Below are positions 18,015 through 25,343 of a stretch of 64,000 nt of DNA, one piece after another (position 1 is the first letter of the stretch; each line of letters opens with the position of its first letter). Location: the sequence record KT919972.1, one strand, 5' to 3'. Below the pieces are notes generated by a model. It was given only the letters and a program-made list of their open reading frames with translations, made no database searches and was not told where the DNA came from. The translations under genes and the position numbers were made by a program.

Positions 18015-18530
18015 ATGAAAGTTATATTCTTGGACATAGACGGCGTTCTAAACAACGCTTTAGAAGTCGATGAGCACATGGACGTGCTATTGAATGGCGA
18101 GTATCAAGGGATTTATTCGCCTCGATGTGTCGACCGTTTAAATGATCTCATTAAAAGAACTGACGCACGCATTGTGCTTACAAGTGTGTGGCGGTGTGGT
18201 CTTAGTATCGATGAGATCAATACAGTGCTTAATGATATGGGTGTTAATGGTGAATGTATCGGCAAGACAGATATGCTCGACCATCAATACTCATGGGCTT
18301 TTCGTGGTAATGAGATTCTTAAATGGATTCAAGACAACGAAGAGTTGCTTGGTAAGCGATACGACTTTCGAAGCTATGTCATCTTAGATGATGACACTGA
18401 TATGTTGTTATGGCAACGTCATAACTATGTAAACTGCGACCCAGAGATCGGCTTAACTGATCGTGTAGTCGCAAAAGCCGTGGCAATACTTAATAACGCA
18501 ATTTGTTCTGATGCAGGTCAAGAGTTTTAA
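18015..18530 (+). CDS. HAD-family protein (RNA-repair 'Swiss army knife'-type HAD domain)
   Basis: KVIFLDIDGVLN, IVLTSVWR, RG.EI..W, YVILDDD. Confidence 0.85.
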   Translation: MKVIFLDIDGVLNNALEVDEHMDVLLNGEYQGIYSPRCVDRLNDLIKRTDARIVLTSVWRCGLSIDEINTVLNDMGVNGECIGKTDMLDHQYSWAFRGNEILKWIQDNEELLGKRYDFRSYVILDDDTDMLLWQRHNYVNCDPEIGLTDRVVAKAVAILNNAICSDAGQEF

Positions 18531-18535
18531 AGTGG

Positions 18536-18564
18536 TTGACACAAACAACAATAGATGTAATAAT
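18536..18564 (+). promoter_or_regulatory. Probable early promoter for natV
   Basis: TTGACA-17-AATAAT. Confidence 0.55.
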
Positions 18565-18599
18565 CTAATCTCAATCAATGACAAAATGGGGAGCCCAAT

Positions 18600-19625
18600 A
18601 TGTCACACGCAATCTTTATCGGACGCTTTCGTCCATTCCACAACGGTCATCTATCTGCAATCACTCAAGCATTCGACGCGCTTGATCTAGACAAGATGAC
18701 TATCTTAATCGGTAGCTCTAATCGACATCGTTCAGTTAAAAACCCTTTCACGTTCGAAGAAGTACGCGATATGATGGGTGTTGCTTTACCTGACGATATT
18801 CGAAGCAAAGTTCGCTTTGTACCACTAGGTGATTACGCGAAAGACGACGTTTGGCAGTCAAATGTTCGTGCTAGTACGAAAGGCGCCACTCACATCGTTG
18901 GTTACGACAAAGACGAAAGCAGCTACTATCTCAAGCTATTCCCTGAGCTAAAACTATTTCAACCTGAACCAGTGAAGATGTATAACAGAGTTATCTCTGC
19001 AACTGACTTCAGAGAACTGTACTTCAGCGAGATTCTACTGAATCACCCTGTTATGTCTGGTCTGATTCCCAAGCAAACAATGATGTTTCTTGACGATTGG
19101 AGCAAAACAGAGCATTTCACTGAAATGAAAGCTGAATACGATAGCTCAGTGCGCGAAATCGAGAAGTTTCTCGACTACCCTTACCAAGGTCACTTGAATA
19201 TCGCGTGTGCTGACAGCGTTGTGATGTGTGCAGGTCATGTTCTTCTTGTCGAGCGTAAGTTCAACCCAGGCAAAGGCTGTTTAGCATTACCTGGCGGTCA
19301 TAAGCATGAGAAAGAAACATTCTTAACTGCTGCGATTCGTGAACTACAAGAAGAAACTAACATCAAAGTCCCAGAGAAAGTCTTGCGTGGCTCGCTCAAA
19401 GATGAGAAGATGTTCGATAACCCAAATCGCTCTTACCCACACACTCGCATCACAATGGCATATCACTTCAAAGTGCAGCCAAACCCTGACAACACTTTCC
19501 CGAAAGTGAAGCCAGCCGATGATGCTGTATCAGCGAAATGGTACTCACTGAGTGAAGTAATGGACATGCAAGAACGTTTGTATGACGATCACTACCAAAT
19601 CATTCAGTATTTCACTGGCATCTAA
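18600..19625 (+). CDS. natV: Bifunctional NMN adenylyltransferase / Nudix ADP-ribose hydrolase (NadM-Nudix)
   Basis: FIGRFRPFHNGH, SATDFR; Nudix box GG..E..AAIRELQEET; DDA..A.W..DH. Confidence 0.93.
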   Translation: MSHAIFIGRFRPFHNGHLSAITQAFDALDLDKMTILIGSSNRHRSVKNPFTFEEVRDMMGVALPDDIRSKVRFVPLGDYAKDDVWQSNVRASTKGATHIVGYDKDESSYYLKLFPELKLFQPEPVKMYNRVISATDFRELYFSEILLNHPVMSGLIPKQTMMFLDDWSKTEHFTEMKAEYDSSVREIEKFLDYPYQGHLNIACADSVVMCAGHVLLVERKFNPGKGCLALPGGHKHEKETFLTAAIRELQEETNIKVPEKVLRGSLKDEKMFDNPNRSYPHTRITMAYHFKVQPNPDNTFPKVKPADDAVSAKWYSLSEVMDMQERLYDDHYQIIQYFTGI

Positions 19626-19631
19626 CTAATG

Positions 19632-19650
19632 GGGGCAGTAATGCCCCTTT
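19632..19650 (+). terminator. Probable terminator
   Basis: GGGGCA-GTAA-TGCCCC-TTT. Confidence 0.65.
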
Positions 19651-19662
19651 GAGGAAATTAAT

Positions 19663-19935
19663 ATGAGCATTAAACAATTAGCAAAAACTGAAGTAAACAA
19701 TTACAACACTGCATACGTAGATGTATACAAAATTCGTGAAGATATGATTGCAAAGTACTCTGCTGCTCGTGCATGTGTTGAACGCGGCGATGGTACTATG
19801 AAAAACTGTACATTACGTCGTGAAATCTGTCGCGCTCTTGATAATTCTAGTGATTGGAATAAAGTTGCTAAGACTGATTCTGGTCGTCTATTGTATCAAC
19901 GAGTGAAAAGCAATTCACTAGAGAACTTTGTATGA
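19663..19935 (+). CDS. Hypothetical protein
   Basis: GAGGA RBS; 90 aa. Confidence 0.7.
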   Translation: MSIKQLAKTEVNNYNTAYVDVYKIREDMIAKYSAARACVERGDGTMKNCTLRREICRALDNSSDWNKVAKTDSGRLLYQRVKSNSLENFV

Positions 19936-20282
19936 ACGCATACCGAATCAACACATCAATCGAAGATCTAGCAATAGTAAAAGGCGATTTGTTTGTTCAA
20001 AGTCCATTCAATGAACATGAATATAAAATGGCTCGTCAACCCCAACGACCACCAATGCACATCGACTTGATTACTCAGTTTCATCATCTTTATAATGAAA
20101 CGACTGCTACTGATGACGAAATCGCTGAATTGGTTCTAGAATGGAAGAATCAATTCAAAACACGAACCGAAGCATTGAATATGTTTCGCCAATCACTAAT
20201 CGAACAGCGCCAATCGATTGATGAACAAATCAAACAAACTACATCTACCATTGAACAATTACGTGAAAAGTTCGGAGAGTAA
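19932..20282 (+). CDS. Hypothetical coiled-coil protein
   Basis: 116 aa; ATGA overlap. Confidence 0.7.
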   Translation: MNAYRINTSIEDLAIVKGDLFVQSPFNEHEYKMARQPQRPPMHIDLITQFHHLYNETTATDDEIAELVLEWKNQFKTRTEALNMFRQSLIEQRQSIDEQIKQTTSTIEQLREKFGE

Positions 20283-20283
20283 T

Positions 20284-20910
20284 ATGCACGCATATGACTT
20301 AGTAAGAAAAATGCAAAAGGTTGTTGAGTCTTGCGAGACAATTGAACAACTACGCAATGCAAGAAAGTACCTCATGCGCTGTCAAGACTATGCACTCGAT
20401 GGTGGCAATGATAGCTACATCACTACTATCATGGTAGAAGTGCAAGACTTAGACGAACGCATCACCGATAAGATTGTTGAGTTGTCTGATACTCGTGGCA
20501 TGAACGCTATCGAAACTGGCGTTATCAAAGTCGGCATCGATATTCATGGCGTAATTGATCAATCACCAGAGTTCTTCGCGCTGTTAAGCAAACTACCAGT
20601 TGAAGTGCATATCATCACTGGCATTAAAGAAGAACTCGATACTGATGTACCAGATGACTTAGAGTATGAGCACTGGTTTAGCATTCATCAATCATGTGAA
20701 GACGACGGCGTTGAAATCTTGTACGACGAGAAAGGTCGCCCATGGGTCGATGACGAAATCTGGAACAACAAGAAAGCTGAATACTGCCGTGAGAATCAAA
20801 TCAATATCATGATCGATGACTCACCAACGTATGCTAGAACCTTCGAAGGTCTTGATACTTTCTATCTACAACTAACCAATACTGTTCGTGATGAATGGAG
20901 ACGCAAATGA
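20284..20910 (+). CDS. HAD-like phosphatase/nucleotidase domain fused to a helical N-domain
   Basis: VGIDIHGVID and IMIDDSP motifs. Confidence 0.7.
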   Translation: MHAYDLVRKMQKVVESCETIEQLRNARKYLMRCQDYALDGGNDSYITTIMVEVQDLDERITDKIVELSDTRGMNAIETGVIKVGIDIHGVIDQSPEFFALLSKLPVEVHIITGIKEELDTDVPDDLEYEHWFSIHQSCEDDGVEILYDEKGRPWVDDEIWNNKKAEYCRENQINIMIDDSPTYARTFEGLDTFYLQLTNTVRDEWRRK

Positions 20911-21092
20911 GAAATTACGGCATTATAGACCGAGAAGGTCGACATCTACTTGAACTTGAGATTGACAATGAGATAAAAGTCATGGCAATCTTTTCTGAAA
21001 TCGAAGATGCAAATCGTGTGCTGTACAAATATGATTTCGACAAACAAGGCTTTCGCGTAATCGAACTACAACCATTGGAAAAGAAACTATGA
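20907..21092 (+). CDS. Hypothetical protein
   Basis: 61 aa; GGAG RBS. Confidence 0.6.
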   Translation: MRNYGIIDREGRHLLELEIDNEIKVMAIFSEIEDANRVLYKYDFDKQGFRVIELQPLEKKL

Positions 21093-21304
21093 ACGTATCA
21101 AATGTAATGTCACAACACGCTGAAATTCAAGATGCACTTATTGCTATGCTCGACGATGAGTTCAACGGCAAAGGTCATATCGAATATGCAGATTACTTCG
21201 ATGACGAACAACTATGGGAAGTGCAATACTTCGATGGTGAAACAGTACAAGAAGTCATTGTAACTACAGTCGCGCTCGAAAAATGGATGCATAAGAACAA
21301 ATGA
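21089..21304 (+). CDS. Small acidic protein
   Basis: 71 aa; resembles next ORF. Confidence 0.65.
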   Translation: MNVSNVMSQHAEIQDALIAMLDDEFNGKGHIEYADYFDDEQLWEVQYFDGETVQEVIVTTVALEKWMHKNK

Positions 21305-21513
21305 TTCATGACATAATCATCGAGCATCGTCGCATAATGAACATAATCACTGAGTTATGCCAACTCAAATCATATGAATTCATTGATGACATCGAGTACG
21401 ATGAAGACAAACAAATATTCTATGTCACTATCGCTGAAGAAACTCAAAACGGCACTGAATACATAGAATGTAAAATCACTCTGCAATTAGTAGAAAACTA
21501 CTATAAGGCTTGA
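21301..21513 (+). CDS. Small acidic protein
   Basis: 70 aa; resembles previous ORF. Confidence 0.65.
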   Translation: MIHDIIIEHRRIMNIITELCQLKSYEFIDDIEYDEDKQIFYVTIAEETQNGTEYIECKITLQLVENYYKA

Positions 21514-21515
21514 CA

Positions 21516-21686
21516 ATGAAATTACCAGAATACTTAAAGCACATCAAAGTAAACGAAAACGTAATCACTGTTGACTCAGCACGCGATAAAGCTTTGGTCA
21601 TCGATTACCTACAATCAATCAAAGCACGATTCCATACTGTACAAAAGACAGTTAGCCGCTGCGAAATTCACGTGAAGAGAGCTTAA
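21516..21686 (+). CDS. Hypothetical protein (56 aa)
   Basis: Fills the gap between neighbouring genes. Confidence 0.55.
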   Translation: MKLPEYLKHIKVNENVITVDSARDKALVIDYLQSIKARFHTVQKTVSRCEIHVKRA

Positions 21687-21688
21687 TC

Positions 21689-22045
21689 ATGAAAGAACTA
21701 CTTAAAACAATGACAGAAACTGAAGAAGCCATCGCAGCTAAGTTTGGTCTCGACCATCTATGGCACGGACTAGTAGACTGCACCGATGTACTATTCACAT
21801 GCGATCTAGTAACTGATGACGTGAAAGATATGCATACTGTCATTGATCAAATACGTGAGTTTCAATACGGCTTTGAAGACGCTAATGCATTAGAAGAAGG
21901 CGAATGCTATGCAGTAGAAGTGTACGGCACAAGCGTGTGGCTATCAACTGATGGCAAATACATGTTGACTGTTGCCAATGACGGACGTGCCAGAGACTTC
22001 TATATCTTCGATATGAATAATCTCAGATCATATGAATTATATTAA
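21689..22045 (+). CDS. Acidic hypothetical protein
   Basis: 118 aa. Confidence 0.7.
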   Translation: MKELLKTMTETEEAIAAKFGLDHLWHGLVDCTDVLFTCDLVTDDVKDMHTVIDQIREFQYGFEDANALEEGECYAVEVYGTSVWLSTDGKYMLTVANDGRARDFYIFDMNNLRSYELY

Positions 22046-22048
22046 AGA

Positions 22049-22114
22049 AAAGGGTTGACAGTTGTCAGCCCTTTCGCGTATCATACACATATCAAATCAA
22101 GAAAGGAAAACATT
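22049..22114 (+). promoter_or_regulatory. Terminator/promoter cassette
   Basis: AAAGGGTTGACA-GT-TGTCAGCCCTTT with -35 TTGACA, -10 TATCAT. Confidence 0.8.
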
Positions 22115-22288
22115 ATGATCGGACTATCTATTATTATACTTGTGTTCACTGTAGTCTTGACGTTCGACTCAGTTGAAAGCATCATGAGCAAAGAATACAA
22201 AACTTTCATCTGTATCTTCCTTGTCATATGCGCTGTCGTTAATGTAGCTAACATGATTGTGATTCACAAATACGGAGTAATATCATGA
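22115..22288 (+). CDS. Small two-TM protein
   Basis: 57 aa, hydrophobic; AGGAA RBS. Confidence 0.6.
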   Translation: MIGLSIIILVFTVVLTFDSVESIMSKEYKTFICIFLVICAVVNVANMIVIHKYGVIS

Positions 22289-22449
22289 GCTTGACAATAC
22301 TACTAATGACACTTCTATGCTGTGCAATACTCACTGGCATGAGTATCTTCAGCTTCATTAACAAACCTAGATTCGTGAAACTAGTAATCACTGCTGTTCT
22401 AGGCTTTGTCTCGTATGTTCTACTACACGTAACGGCAGGCGCAATATGA
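22285..22449 (+). CDS. Small membrane protein
   Basis: 54 aa, hydrophobic; GGAG RBS. Confidence 0.55.
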   Translation: MSLTILLMTLLCCAILTGMSIFSFINKPRFVKLVITAVLGFVSYVLLHVTAGAI

Positions 22450-22661
22450 ATCAAACTATCAAAGCAATATGCATCGACAATACTTCAACTCGTATCGATA
22501 AACCCGAACCACCAAGCGGCATTACTCTAGGCAAAGAATATGTCGTTCACATGTATAACGTAAACGAACATACAAATAAACCACCTATGATTCGTATTAC
22601 TAATGACAACAACCAACGAGCAAGCTATGTCGCTGCACGCTTTAATCTATCAATAGGATAA
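22446..22661 (+). CDS. Hypothetical protein
   Basis: IKAICIDN..ITLGKEY.V pattern; 71 aa. Confidence 0.65.
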   Translation: MNQTIKAICIDNTSTRIDKPEPPSGITLGKEYVVHMYNVNEHTNKPPMIRITNDNNQRASYVAARFNLSIG

Positions 22662-22665
22662 ACTC

Positions 22666-22833
22666 ATGTTCGCACTATCAATCTTAATTCTGATTCTCAC
22701 TACATATCTGTTTGTAACCGATAAATCAAAACGAACAGTTCCATTCGTGGCTCTGCTAATAACAACTGCGTTTAACTGTATCATTCAGTATTACCTAATT
22801 GATATTCTATCATTGAGCTTTAAACTATCGTAA
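22666..22833 (+). CDS. Small two-TM protein
   Basis: 55 aa, hydrophobic; AGGA RBS. Confidence 0.5.
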   Translation: MFALSILILILTTYLFVTDKSKRTVPFVALLITTAFNCIIQYYLIDILSLSFKLS

Positions 22834-22949
22834 TGCAAACACTAATCAATCTACTAAACGATATACCTATCGGCTACATTATGCTTGTTCTATGTGCTCT
22901 AGCAGCTATAGCCGGTTGGTGCCTGAGCGATATATCAAACAATGACTAA
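22833..22949 (+). CDS. Small one-TM peptide
   Basis: 38 aa; TAATG overlap. Confidence 0.45.
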   Translation: MQTLINLLNDIPIGYIMLVLCALAAIAGWCLSDISNND

Positions 22950-22964
22950 AAAAGAGAAAATATT

Positions 22965-23510
22965 ATGAAATTAGTTACTACTACTCGTACAAAACATTAT
23001 GTCAAAAACTTCGATTACATCCGTATGACACGAGGCGAAAAATCTCGTATGGGAAATGTTGTACGTACGTTCAGTCCTAAAACAAAAGAACCAATCTTTA
23101 TCATTGAAGATGTTTTCGGCGGACACACAACTCAAATCAAATCCGATGAGTGGAAATATGAAATTCAACTCAATGATTTGTGGCACAAAGCAGAGTTCGC
23201 TTGGTACGACCGTGACGTGAAAGAATCAAATGTACTAGTATACTACAAAACAAAAGAAGACGTGAAAGAACTCAATGTAGGCGATGTTATCCCTGTTCAT
23301 GCTAGTACGTGGGAGAGCGGCAAAGGCGACAGAGTTCTGAGTGAAACAACTGTCAATGCTTGTATCATTGCATTGAATAACATGCAACTAGTGACAGTCA
23401 TCAACGGAAAATATGTCGTATTTGATTTGCGAACGTTCGACTATACTCATTATAAGCGTTCTACAACAGATGGCTATTATCTGCGTGCAGACTGTTCATT
23501 ACGTGCGTAA
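22965..23510 (+). CDS. Hypothetical protein (paralog of 24666-25274)
   Basis: ELNVGDVI..NGKYVVF..DGYY. Confidence 0.75.
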   Translation: MKLVTTTRTKHYVKNFDYIRMTRGEKSRMGNVVRTFSPKTKEPIFIIEDVFGGHTTQIKSDEWKYEIQLNDLWHKAEFAWYDRDVKESNVLVYYKTKEDVKELNVGDVIPVHASTWESGKGDRVLSETTVNACIIALNNMQLVTVINGKYVVFDLRTFDYTHYKRSTTDGYYLRADCSLRA

Positions 23511-23601
23511 AAACGCTTAGAATCGCTCTCACAGCGTCTCAGAGCATGGTACAGATATAACGCTTTTTAATATATCGCACCATGCCTCGTTTAAATGCAC
23601 A

Positions 23602-23710
23602 TGTGTATAAATCTGTGGATAATATGTGTATGAGATTGTGCATAAGTGTCTGAAATCTGTGTATAAAAACATGATTTAGCTGTGCATAAGTCTGTGGATA
23701 ATGTGGATAA
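23602..23710. promoter_or_regulatory. Cluster of eight co-oriented DnaA boxes (candidate origin or DnaA-titration site)
   Basis: TGTGGATAA at 23614, 23693, 23702; TGTGTATAA at 23602, 23658; TGTGCATAA at 23637, 23681; TGTGTATGA at 23625; in a ~370-bp noncoding gap. Confidence 0.8.
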
Positions 23711-23817
23711 CTTTTTAGTGAAAAAATGGTGAAAGTCTCATCGGCTCCTGTGTGGTACGCGGCAGTCTAAAACCTTACACCATTTATGAAAATCTAATTC
23801 GCTTCGCATCTTCTTGC

Positions 23818-23847
23818 TTGACAGCCAGCGGCATTATGTGAGAGAAT
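23818..23847 (+). promoter_or_regulatory. Probable sigma70 promoter
   Basis: TTGACA-18-GAGAAT with upstream TG. Confidence 0.55.
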
Positions 23848-23880
23848 GCAAAGAGATTTGAACTGCCTACGGAGGTAATT

Positions 23881-24027
23881 GTGATTACATTGGCGTTATT
23901 TTATATGAGTCGCGACATGAAATACTGTGAGCGACCAAGTGACTTGTACCTTGGTACATGTATTTTAGACTTTGCATTAATCGCCACGATGTTCTGTGGT
24001 GTAATGATGTTCACAGGGAATTGGTAA
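23881..24027 (+). CDS. Small membrane protein (48 aa)
   Basis: GGAGG RBS, GTG start, TAATG overlap with next gene. Confidence 0.55.
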   Translation: MITLALFYMSRDMKYCERPSDLYLGTCILDFALIATMFCGVMMFTGNW

Positions 24028-24350
24028 TGTTGTTTAAGAATTACAGAGTGAATCGCCATGTTCGTGCTCGTGCTATAGAGTTATTGAATTGTGGTGAGTT
24101 GCATCGCGTGTATACTTGTTTAGAGTTACATCGTGGTGTGAGTGACGAGATGGTTAGTTTGATTAAGCTTAAACTAAAGCATTTGCAGCGTATGTACGTA
24201 CGGCAGAGTGATTTGCCGAATGATTTAGAAGATTGTTATTCTTTTATCTGTGCGTATCACCCGCCTTGTGAGCGTCGTAAGTTGCGTGAATATGAGCGTA
24301 AGTCGTGGTTGAAATACATTATAGAGAACATTAATAAGGTTAAGATATGA
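24027..24350 (+). CDS. YTC/RxxWL family protein, member 1
   Basis: VRARAIELL..YTC..FIC..RKSWLKYI. Confidence 0.7.
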   Translation: MLFKNYRVNRHVRARAIELLNCGELHRVYTCLELHRGVSDEMVSLIKLKLKHLQRMYVRQSDLPNDLEDCYSFICAYHPPCERRKLREYERKSWLKYIIENINKVKI

Positions 24351-24655
24351 AGAAGTACAGATTAGGTAATTTGTTGCGTGGTGGTTGGTCTGGTGAGTTT
24401 TCCAGTCTTGAAGAAGCGTGGGTTCAGTTAGGTTCGCGTTTTCTACTATCATTTCCGTGTGAGAAATGGGAGAAAGACATTGGTATGTCTATCAATGAAG
24501 ATGGTGGTCGTACTGTGTATATGTATGTTCAAGAAGAGAACAAGTATGGTCAATTAGATTGGGCTTGTTGTAAGAACGGTGTGTTCTATATGAACGAACG
24601 AGTGCCAGTAACGGCAGACGATTACAAGCGTTGCAGTGATGTAGAATTTTTCTAA
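24347..24655 (+). CDS. Hypothetical protein
   Basis: 102 aa; ATGA overlap. Confidence 0.7.
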   Translation: MKKYRLGNLLRGGWSGEFSSLEEAWVQLGSRFLLSFPCEKWEKDIGMSINEDGGRTVYMYVQEENKYGQLDWACCKNGVFYMNERVPVTADDYKRCSDVEFF

Positions 24656-24665
24656 GGGTTATAAG

Positions 24666-25274
24666 ATGAAACGAATTGAAAGACATAAGAAAGTAGTAGA
24701 CAAGAAAGCGATTATGCCGAGCGGTAGTATGGTACGAGTTGAGACGTACTACAACACATGGTCTGGTTATTTGAATTGCCTTGACTCAGGTGATGGTATA
24801 CGTGGTATAGAGCAACCGACTTATATGCTAGTATCTGACAATGGTGCTTTTTACTCAGTTGAAGAAGATAAAGTAAATGGTAACAAGCAGACACAGACAA
24901 AATACGATGGTCAGTTGGTACTTGTACATGCTCGATTGAAGTTGTCAGCGAAAGATTGGGATTGGTACCCTTGTAAGTGGAAGAGTGGTCGTCTTGTATA
25001 TGCGTATAAAGAAACTGATTTTGTCGATGAAGAGCACGAGCTAGTGGTTGGTGAGATTATAGACATTTATGCCGCAAGCGATAGTACATCGTCATATGCA
25101 CATGACGCGACAGTTGTTGTATCACGTCCGACACAAATTGCTGTTGAGACGTATGGTAAACTAGTAGTGTTTACGGTTGGTTCTGATACAGATGAACTAG
25201 TATCTGATTGTGGTGATTATCGTATTGATGGTCGATATGCTGCTAGTCAGTACGATGAAGAGCTTCATTCGTAA
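24666..25274 (+). CDS. Hypothetical protein (paralog of 22965-23510)
   Basis: ELVVGEII..YGKLVVF..DGRY. Confidence 0.75.
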   Translation: MKRIERHKKVVDKKAIMPSGSMVRVETYYNTWSGYLNCLDSGDGIRGIEQPTYMLVSDNGAFYSVEEDKVNGNKQTQTKYDGQLVLVHARLKLSAKDWDWYPCKWKSGRLVYAYKETDFVDEEHELVVGEIIDIYAASDSTSSYAHDATVVVSRPTQIAVETYGKLVVFTVGSDTDELVSDCGDYRIDGRYAASQYDEELHS

Positions 25275-25280
25275 AAGTTA

Positions 25281-25319
25281 AAGAAAAGGGTTGCGCTATG
25301 CAGCCCTTTTTTATATTCT
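25281..25319 (+). promoter_or_regulatory. Terminator/promoter cassette; left 31-bp direct repeat
   Basis: AAGAAAAGGGTTGCGCTATGCAGCCCTTTTT; TTGCGC-17-TATTCT. Confidence 0.85.
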
Positions 25320-25343
25320 ACAGTTTTTGAATTGGAGGATAAT

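Noticed and set aside
23511-23880. DnaA boxes as host oriC contamination or a prophage junction
   Set aside because: Both flanks are phage-type genes with paralogs across the gap; no dnaA, gidA, mioC or integrase, and no GATC-rich oriC layout.
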